Below, piece after piece: positions 18,741 to 26,257 of a stretch of DNA of 64,000 bases. The notes under the pieces are model-generated. The model did not search any database. It was not told the DNA's origin and saw nothing but the letters and a program-made list of their open reading frames with translations. Every line of letters starts with the position of its first letter. Within the stretch, counting starts at the first letter, position 1. This stretch comes from Acidobacteriota bacterium (GTDB taxonomy: Bacteria > Acidobacteriota > UBA6911 > RPQK01 > JADFOI01): NCBI GenBank assembly GCA_963663035.1, contig OY760074.1, forward strand, positions 3,296,001 to 3,360,000. The letters run 5' to 3'. Position numbers and translations under genes: made by a program.

Positions 18741-19160
18741 GATGGCTTGATTGTAAGCATTAGGCGTGCTCAATAGTGGGCACAGTCTGGGCACATCACC
18801 CAACTAACTTACGTTTTATCAATAGGTTGAAATGCCGCACTAGATCTCCTGTCTGGAGAGCACCAGCTGAAACCCAAGGAATAAACGGGTTTCAGCCGAT
18901 GTGGGAGACGGAGACAGGGGAGTCAGCTTTCTCGAGTCTGAAAAAGAGAGAAGACTTTTCTGGAGTGAAAACCATGGTGCCGGAGGGGGGGGAGTCGAAC
19001 CCCCACGAGAGTCACCCCTCGCCAGATTTTGAGTCTGAGTGAGTTCCACTCGATTTGTGAAGAAAAGCTTATATTTATCAACCAGTTCCAGGATTCTTCG
19101 CCAATCCAAATAAGTGAAACATTACGAAAGATTGAGGTTTGAAGCGGGCGAAAAACGGGC
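18741..19160 (-). repeat. att junction C: complete attP-like site (left arm, tRNA-Leu 3' core 18975-19037, right arm)
   Basis: GGGCACA-GTCT-GGGCACA at 18778-18795 and TATCAATAGGTTG at 18817-29. The core has 2 extra G. CGGGCGAAAAA-CGGGC at 19145-19160. Confidence 0.92.
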
Positions 19161-19164
19161 GGCG

Positions 19165-19254
19165 GGCACAAACCGCTTCCTTGTCATGTCTTGCCTCATT
19201 TTTAAATCGAAAAGCCTAACATGCAACCTGGACTCGTTTTAGGGTGTAAGGTCA
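19165..19254 (-). mobile_element. Remnant left end of an IS3-family element
   Basis: Reverse complement TGACCTTACACCCTAAAACGAGTCCAGGTTGCATGTTAGG...GAGGCAAGACATGACAAGGAAGCGGTTT closely parallels the IRL and orfA start of the IS at 11587. Confidence 0.8.
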
Positions 19255-19630
19255 ATTTCTTGCGAGAGAATAGCCTTGATGCTGGGCTGAGTTATGATGA
19301 GAAAGATCATGAGAAGCGATTGGCAGAAGAATTTTCCTTGGTGGAAAGAAGGAAGAAGAAGAGGAAGAGGATAGGGACCCAGAAGAATTGAGGAGACGTC
19401 TTATCGAGCAACACAATCAGCAGACAAATCAAAAGTATCCAGAAATCTCCGCTGAACTTCTAGCCTTGTTATGAGACTGAAAGTGTAAGTAGTGTAATCA
19501 ACCTAGAAACTGAGTCAGGTATCAGACTCGGGTTAACCGGATTGGGGATTTGCAGTCCGCACACGATTCTTGGAGGAATGCGCTTGAACTTGGATACAAC
19601 AATTTCAAAATTCGAGTGTGCTACTTCCCG

Positions 19631-21835
19631 CTAACCGCTCAGCCATGCCTGCAGAATGGCCTTGATCTGGTTCCAAAAAAGGGCGCTCAGGAGCGCGACA
19701 GTGAGCAGAGCGGCCAGCAGGGCAACCAGGCCGACACGAGTCCAACGAAACACGCCGTATCCGGTTTGACGTAGAAAGAGGGTGACCAGGTCGCGGCGTT
19801 CCTTGCGTGCCCCTTCTGGCAAGTGGGGCGTGTGGCTGAAGAGATAGCCGAGCCGTCGCGTCATGTACATGCGGAAATTCACCGCCCAGCCGCACGCCTC
19901 CAACAGAGCGCTCATGTCCCGCTTGCGCAGCTTGTTCCAACCCGAAAGTGCACTGAACAGGGCCACCACCAGCACCAGGCTCACCAAGGCAATGCCGGCT
20001 TTCAGAAAGCTGATCTGCGAAAGTGTCTTGATCAGGTAGACCAGCGAGGAACCGACAGCGGCGAAGGCAATGCCGCCACCCAGCAGCAGGTCGCGCATGC
20101 CAGGGCTGGAAGGGGGTGCCGCTCCCGCCGATGGCACCTGGGTAGGCTGCTGGAGCGACTCGCCTTTTTCCATCTTCGTTGTGATCTCGGTGGTGGCCTT
20201 TTCCAGAGACCCGGCCCGGGTGCCTGCAAAGGCTTCAACCTTCTCGGAGAATAGCTTTTTTGCTTTCACAAAAGGCGACTTGATCGCCTCCCACAGGCTG
20301 ATGGGATTCTCGACCATATCCACTACTCGTGCGTCCCACTCCTTGCCCTGCAGATCATAGAAGATACCGCGCTTGCCAATTTCGAGGGCCCCCTGGCCGC
20401 CAGCCGTGAGGGCGGCGGCAATCTCGAAACTCCGCCCCTGCTCCTGGGGCATGGTGATCTCGGCGTACACCAGAAACATCTTGCTGGTCTGGGCGATCTT
20501 CTTGTGCTCGGCGCGGTTTCGGACCTTCACTGTAAAGGCAAGTTCGCGGCCGTCAATGATCAGGTCGCCTAATTCAAACAGGGCACGGCGACTGGGGTCG
20601 TACAGCGCCGAGAAACTTACAAAGTTGTTGGCCAGTTCCAGGAGCCAGCGCTGGTACAGGATGAGCTTCTCCAGGTCAGTCACTTGCTTCACCTCATCCT
20701 TTACCGCCAGATCCTCCAGTAGGAGCTGGAGAAGTCTTTTCTGAGCCGGACCATCTAAGTATTCTTTCAGCGTGGTCTCACTCAACTCACTGACGCCATC
20801 CGATGGCTTCTCCGCCTTCCACGCACAATAGGGCTCGAAGATGGTCTTGACCTGCTGCCAGCCGATCCGCGTGAGAGATTCGTGGGAGTCCGGCTGGGCA
20901 CGGGCAAGGACCCGGTCTTGTAGTTCGTCCATCTGATCCTGGTAGTACGGATTGATGGGGCCCTGCAAGTTCAATACACCTTCAGCATTAGGCGTTTGCA
21001 GTGGCGCTTGCGCGAGCTGTTTTTCCATGGCCCCGAGGTCGGAGCCGTCCAGGTTTTGGAGATCTTGTTGACTCAGGCTGATCCGTTCGGCGGTGCGGGC
21101 ATCGAGCTTTACCAGGTCGCACTGCCAGAAGAACTGTTCGATCTTGGCATCGAGTTCAGACGTGAGCTTCACGGCGGCCGCCGTGTCGTCGCCCCAGGGC
21201 AGAATCCCTGCCGCGCCGTCATCTTCGGCGAGTGCCTTCCAGGCCAGGTAATTCCTCACACCATCCAGGAATTGGCACAGGTGACCTTCGTTGATGCCGT
21301 CTGCGCCGCTCATATCCTTGGTACTGCCCACCTGCTCGAGTACGTCACTTGCCAACTGTGCCGCAGCCGGATCCGAAACGTGCTGGGGGGGGAGTACCCC
21401 GTCGCCGTTGGGAGGGGTCATCCCGTACGTATTCCGAAAGATGCGCACCTGTTCCAGGCTTATCTCGTCCAAGTTCTTGACCTTCAGTTGTCCCAGGATA
21501 TGGATCGCGGCTTCCTTGAGCTTCCGGCCCTCCTCGTGGCTGGTATCCAGGTCCGCGAGGCGAAGGACGTCTGAGGAATCGGCCATTCGGTCGCCTTTCG
21601 CTATCATACGGAACATCCATCTCACTGCCGCCCGCAAATGCTCGGCACGGATGGTCCCGCTACCGTCCTGATTCAAGTACTTGAGGAACGCGGGATCGCA
21701 CTGTAGGCTTTCGATCTGCACGCTGGTGGCGGCCCAGCGAGCTGGGTGGAGCTGGTGGATGAAGGCAAGATCCTCCGCGCTCTCGATGCGCAGTTGGTGG
21801 ATCCCGCCGTAATTTCGGAAGACAATGGGCTTCAT
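19631..21835 (-). CDS. Uncharacterised 734-aa protein with EF-hand-like loops and C-terminal TM helices
   Basis: ATG 21835 MKPIVFRNYGGIHQLRI. Loops NQDGSGTIRAE, NGDGVLP and DMSGADGINE; GKRGIFYD..GKEWDA. Three hydrophobic C-terminal segments. Confidence 0.75.
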   Translation of the reverse strand: MKPIVFRNYGGIHQLRIESAEDLAFIHQLHPARWAATSVQIESLQCDPAFLKYLNQDGSGTIRAEHLRAAVRWMFRMIAKGDRMADSSDVLRLADLDTSHEEGRKLKEAAIHILGQLKVKNLDEISLEQVRIFRNTYGMTPPNGDGVLPPQHVSDPAAAQLASDVLEQVGSTKDMSGADGINEGHLCQFLDGVRNYLAWKALAEDDGAAGILPWGDDTAAAVKLTSELDAKIEQFFWQCDLVKLDARTAERISLSQQDLQNLDGSDLGAMEKQLAQAPLQTPNAEGVLNLQGPINPYYQDQMDELQDRVLARAQPDSHESLTRIGWQQVKTIFEPYCAWKAEKPSDGVSELSETTLKEYLDGPAQKRLLQLLLEDLAVKDEVKQVTDLEKLILYQRWLLELANNFVSFSALYDPSRRALFELGDLIIDGRELAFTVKVRNRAEHKKIAQTSKMFLVYAEITMPQEQGRSFEIAAALTAGGQGALEIGKRGIFYDLQGKEWDARVVDMVENPISLWEAIKSPFVKAKKLFSEKVEAFAGTRAGSLEKATTEITTKMEKGESLQQPTQVPSAGAAPPSSPGMRDLLLGGGIAFAAVGSSLVYLIKTLSQISFLKAGIALVSLVLVVALFSALSGWNKLRKRDMSALLEACGWAVNFRMYMTRRLGYLFSHTPHLPEGARKERRDLVTLFLRQTGYGVFRWTRVGLVALLAALLTVALLSALFWNQIKAILQAWLSG

Positions 21836-21963
21836 AACGCACATTCTACTCCATTGCAGGGAATGTAAGGCAGTACGAGATCTGAACAGGTCAAGGCTCG
21901 GGCTTGGGCATGTGCAGCCGACACCTCTCCCTGACTTGGCTGAGTCCGAGAGGAAGGAAGAAG

Positions 21964-23410
21964 TTATGAAAGGAGTCGTGCCAGCACGAGCAGGTTGTAG
22001 CTCAGGACCGAAAGGTGCGCGTAGCGCTGAAAGTGAGACCAAAGACCCGCTTGGCCATGGAGATGCAACCTTCAATGCCGGCTCGGAATCACCTCAGCTG
22101 TTTGTAGACCCAACTGGATCGGACCAGGTCCTGGATTTTCGATCCTAATTTCTTGGCAAAGGCCACGTCCTTGACGCCTTGCTTTTTGGCCCATTTGAGA
22201 TTGCCCGAAGAAGCAAAGCCGCCATCCAAACTGGCCTGGCGAGGGTAACGCCCGTACAAGTCGCACTGACGCTCCAGCAGGGGCTCGAGCTGTTGGCTGT
22301 CGGCTGGATTGCCTCTGAGCAAAAGAGCATCCAGGATCAGCGAGGACTTGCCAGCGGTCGGATAGAGCTTATGGCCAAAGAGGCTCTCGCGTGCGCCTTT
22401 TTCGATAATGTCGGTGTGTTCTTCAAAGATGGAGACGATCTTTTCGGTAGCCGGGACCTTCTGGCCCAGGATCACCCGACGGTGAGTTTGTTGGATCACT
22501 CGTCCCAGCAGATCCAGATGGTGGGCCAACGCACCGGCGCCAGGACTGGGCTGATGGGGTCCTGCCACTGCGGTGCCTGCTCCAGTGCCCGGGTGCCGTA
22601 ACCAAGGGTCCAGCCAGCGATCTTCAAGAGATCCCGATAATGCTTTTTGCGCTTCTCGCCCCGACTATTTCAGATGTTCAAACAACGTTTTTTGGCATGT
22701 CTGGAATGATCCACAAAAGAGAGGGACTCAGACGGGTTCAACTGCTTTAAAAGGCGGGTCACGACCCGAATCGAATTGTAAAGCAACTGGCTATCGAGCG
22801 GATAGCGGATGTTGCTTTGGACTCCGGTGGCATCCCCTCGAATCTTACGCCCTTTTTCCAAACCTTGTCTTATCAGCCCAACTGACCAGCACCCGATTGA
22901 CGGCCTGCCCAGTGGAGGCTTCAATCCGCGAGATGTTCTCCTGCAAGGTGGATTTGCTGGGGGTGAACCCAAAGGGCAGCCGGCAGAAAGTCCGAAAGCT
23001 CTGCGAGTCGACCAGGTGAAAAGCCAGCTTTTCATAACTGAACTGGTGGGTTTGTTTGATCAGAGCACAACGCAGGACTTGCTCAGCCGTCATGCCCCGG
23101 GCTCCCTTCTTGGAGCTGATTTTGTCACACAGATCGTGTAGAACGAGATCGGAGATCGATGGATTTTGATCCAGGATCTTGGAGATCGATTCCAGTTCCC
23201 GGGCCAGGCGATGATCGGGCCAAGAAGGGGAAAGAGGGAGTTGATTTTCTCGGTTCTTACGCATTTTCGGGCTCCTGGTTTTGTTTTAAGTCGTTTTTTT
23301 TATTGGTTTATACCAAATGACTTATCAAACGACCCCGACGAAATCAAGGCTCGAAAACGCGTACTTACCCTTTTATTTCCAACCATTTACAGGATCCCGG
23401 ATGGGATCTA
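21964..23410 (-). mobile_element. Degraded ISNCY-like IS (transposase pseudogene 21964-23264)
   Basis: Fragments MRKNRENQLPL..GMTAEQVLRCA..FSYEKLAFHL, NIRYPLDSQLL, EKIVSIFEEHTDII, GNPADS, SLDGGFAS, KQLR*FRAGIEG and SYNLLVLAR, with several frameshifts and stops. Probable end TAGATCCCATCCGGGA at ~23410; the other end was not located. Confidence 0.8.
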
Positions 23411-23766
23411 TCTAACTAACACTCTATCAATAGGTTAAAATACCGCACTAGATCTGCGGTCTGCAGAGGCACCCGCTGAAACCCAAGGAATAAGCGGGTT
23501 TCAGCCGATGTGGGAGACGGAGACAGGGGAGTCAGCTTTCTCGAGTCTGAAAAAGAGAGAGGACTTTTCTGGCGGGAAAAAATGGTGCCGGAGGGGGGAG
23601 TCGAACCCCCACGAGAGTCACCCCTCGCCAGATTTTGAGTCTGAGCTAAATTCACTCGATTTGTGACGAAAAGCTGATATTTATCAACCAGTTCCCGGAT
23701 TTGTCACCAGTCCAGAAAAGTGAAAGGTTACGAAAGATTGAGCTTTGAAGCGGGCGAAAAACGGGC
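23411..23766 (-). repeat. att junction D: perfect 61-bp tRNA-Leu 3' copy (23583-23643) with arms; left arm cut by IS
   Basis: The core is identical to 26104-26164. The left arm is near-identical to junction C from AACTAAC onward, with TATCAATAGGTTA at 23425-37. CGGGCGAAAAA-CGGGC at 23751-23766. Confidence 0.93.
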
Positions 23767-23965
23767 GCACTGTCTTGGTTAGACAGGGTTCATTCATTAG
23801 GTTACAAAGTGTAGGCCCGCCAAAACTCCGCCTCACCATAGAACGCAAAAGTCGAGTATTTGCGCTGACGCGTGGTCTGCAGAAGACGATGCTTGTGGAC
23901 ACCCCTGTAACGTAGTATTGTCCTTGTTGTAATTTCGGAACGGAATTGGAGGGACTCCAACCCCT

Positions 23966-25615
23966 ATGAATATTTTGCTCTATAACCCCGACAACCAGAT
24001 GACGCGGAACTACATGCCCCATCTCTGGATGTTTGTTCTCAAAGCCCTGACTCCACGGCAGCATCAGGTGTTCCTGATCGATGGGAATGCCCAGCCCATC
24101 AGTGAGCAAGAGATGGCGCAGTTCATTCGAGAAAAAGAAATCCAACTGGTGGGCATCGGAGCCATGACGCGAATGGCTGCCAGCGCCTACCGGATGGCAG
24201 ATGCCATCCGCGCCGCCGGTGCTTTGGTGGTGATGGGAGGGCCCCACGTCAGCGAGGTGCCCGACGAGCCGATCGGACGAGAAGAGGAACCTCGCCACGC
24301 CGACGCCGTCGCTTTGGGTGAGGTTGACGACATCTGGGCAGACATCGTGCGAGATGCAGAGCGAGGTCAACTCCGGGAAGTCTATCGCCACACCGACGAG
24401 TCGGGCAAGGACATGAGGCCCTCGCTGGAGAACTACCCGGAGATCCCCTGGGAAGAGATCGATCTGAGGCAGTTCGACCTGCTAGGGAAGGTCCCGGCCT
24501 GGGGAAGATACCTCCTGAGACGGGTCGGCATGGACTGGAATAGTCTCTACATCCTTCCCGTCGAGTCGGGCCGCGGGTGCCCTTATGGCTGCGATTTTTG
24601 CACGGTCACAGGGTTCTTTGGCAAGTCGATCCGCTTTCGCAGCAACGAAAGCGTCATCAATGAACTTCTGCGCCTCAAAGCGCGGGCCGCTTCCGAGAAA
24701 GGCAAGGTGGGTGTCTTTTTTATCGACGACAACTTTGCCATCAACATCAAGCGAACCAAATCGCTGCTGCGGGACATGATTGCCCAGAATGCCACGCTAC
24801 CTTGGGTGGCTCAGATCAGCATGAACCTGCTGCGGGATGAGGAACTGGTTGATCTGATTGCCCAGAGCGGGGGGCGTTGGATTTTTATGGGGCTGGAGTC
24901 GATCGATCCCGCGAGTCTGAAGGAAGTGAACAAGGGCTTCAATGATCCCCAGCAATACCAAGCCGTTCTTGATCGGCTGGCCAAACGGGGTGTCTACGCC
25001 ATCACCTCTTTCATCTTCGGAATGGACGGAGATCGACCCGGAGTAGCCGACAAAACCCTTGAAGCGATTGAGTCATGGCCTCCCGGCCTCCCTGTCTTTG
25101 GACTTCTCACCCCTTACCCTGCCACCCCCCTCTATGATCGTCTCCTCGAGAATAAGCGCCTCACGCGCCCCAAGCACTGGCTGGACTTTCGGCCTTTCCA
25201 GATGGCCTTCACACCGGAGCATATCAGTATCGAGCAGGCCGAGCAGGAGGTACGGCAGGCCTGGAGCCGCTGCTACAGCCCCGAAGCCATTGCCTCGGAT
25301 CTGAAGAAACTCGAAGGACGCCCCTTTAACGAGCGTGCCGTCCTCTTTTTCACGCGGCTGGCTTTTCGCGGCATCTATTTCCCTCAGATGACCTTGAGGC
25401 AATGGCTGGGGTTGTTTTTCAGCAACGGCCGAAGCCTTCTGCGTCTGGTGGGAGAGGGTTTCGCGACTCATCGCCGGCACCGGCGCAAGCAGCGCGAGAC
25501 CTCTCCTGCTGACGGGTCGGTGAATCAGGCTAGTGGTGTCCCCTCGCCCGCTATTGGGATCGAGGCCACACCGGCGGGCCCCGTTGCCGAGCGCCCTGTG
25601 GTCGGCCGGACTTAG
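23966..25615 (+). CDS. Cobalamin-binding radical SAM protein (class B methyltransferase-like)
   Basis: N-terminal B12-binding domain (LVGIGAMT, VVMGGPHVS, ALGE), ESGRGCPYGCDFC, FIDDNF, FMGLES, FIFGMDGD and TPYPATPLY. Confidence 0.9.
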   Translation: MNILLYNPDNQMTRNYMPHLWMFVLKALTPRQHQVFLIDGNAQPISEQEMAQFIREKEIQLVGIGAMTRMAASAYRMADAIRAAGALVVMGGPHVSEVPDEPIGREEEPRHADAVALGEVDDIWADIVRDAERGQLREVYRHTDESGKDMRPSLENYPEIPWEEIDLRQFDLLGKVPAWGRYLLRRVGMDWNSLYILPVESGRGCPYGCDFCTVTGFFGKSIRFRSNESVINELLRLKARAASEKGKVGVFFIDDNFAINIKRTKSLLRDMIAQNATLPWVAQISMNLLRDEELVDLIAQSGGRWIFMGLESIDPASLKEVNKGFNDPQQYQAVLDRLAKRGVYAITSFIFGMDGDRPGVADKTLEAIESWPPGLPVFGLLTPYPATPLYDRLLENKRLTRPKHWLDFRPFQMAFTPEHISIEQAEQEVRQAWSRCYSPEAIASDLKKLEGRPFNERAVLFFTRLAFRGIYFPQMTLRQWLGLFFSNGRSLLRLVGEGFATHRRHRRKQRETSPADGSVNQASGVPSPAIGIEATPAGPVAERPVVGRT

Positions 25616-25862
25616 CCGCACCGGATATCTGCCTCCCTTCTGACCTACGACCCATTTCGAAAAACGGGTTCTCCTAAGCCCGTATTGGAAATTTCTCCGA
25701 GTCATTAGATATTCATTAAATGGAGGCCGTTTTTGGCCCTCTCAGGGTAGATTGGATTCTCGTAATTTACTGATTCTATTGTGCCCGGTGGGGAATCCGC
25801 ACCCTCACGAGGGAACGCTCCAACCGCTCCCCGGGCTGCAGTACGCACACAGTTCTGAGCAG

Positions 25863-26103
25863 AAATGGTTTGATTTCAGGAATTAGAACAGGTCAATTGA
25901 GCTCAATAGTGGGCACAGTCTGGGCACACTTTCCCAATAAGTGTTTTTTTCAGAGACTTAAAATGCCGCACTAGATCTCCTGTCTGGAGAGCACCCTTGA
26001 AACCCAACGGGTTCAAGGGGTTCAGCCAAATACGGCTGAGGGAGACAGTCGAATGAGCTTTCTCGGATTGTCAAAAGAGACAGAGGACTCTGGCGGGAAA
26101 ACA
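25863..26103 (-). repeat. Conserved arm immediately downstream of tRNA-Leu (end of the proximal unit)
   Basis: GCTCAATAGTGGGCACAGTCTGGGCACA and AAATGCCGCACTAGATCTCCTGTCTGGAGAGCACC are identical to junction C. Confidence 0.9.
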
Positions 26104-26192
26104 TGGTGCCGGAGGGGGGAGTCGAACCCCCACGAGAGTCACCCCTCGCCAGATTTTGAGTCTGGTGCGTCTGCCAATTCCGCCACTCCGGC
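26104..26192 (-). tRNA. tRNA-Leu (anticodon CAA)
   Basis: GCCGGAGTGGCGGAATTGGCAGACGCACCAGA-CTCAAAA-TCTGG, long variable arm, GGGGGTTCGACTCCCCC-CTCCGGC-A-CCA; 89 nt. Confidence 0.97.
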
Positions 26193-26257
26193 GCGTGAAG
26201 GCAGTATAACCCGATGAATTCAAGGGGGCCAGGGGAGCGGAGGTCGAAAGCACGAAC

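Noticed and set aside
18776-19171. Recurrent small ORFs across junctions (e.g. QTQNLARGDSRGGSTPP, MVPEGGVE; also at 13969, 14255, 23416 and 26071)
   Set aside because: They are translations of the tRNA fragment and arms; frames and lengths are not conserved between copies.
19255-19474. Purine-rich stretch encoding ...EEEEEEDRDPEELRRRLIEQH...ELLALL*
   Set aside because: Probably the 3' remnant of a gene truncated by the IS3 end; too short to assign.
11196-26192. Repeated tRNA-like sequences as a CRISPR array or as extra tRNA genes
   Set aside because: Spacing is kilobases and no cas genes are present. The copies lack the 5' acceptor strand and D-arm, so they cannot fold as tRNAs.
11196-26192. 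Prophage or ICE
   Set aside because: No recognisable integrase, capsid, terminase, relaxase or T4SS genes.
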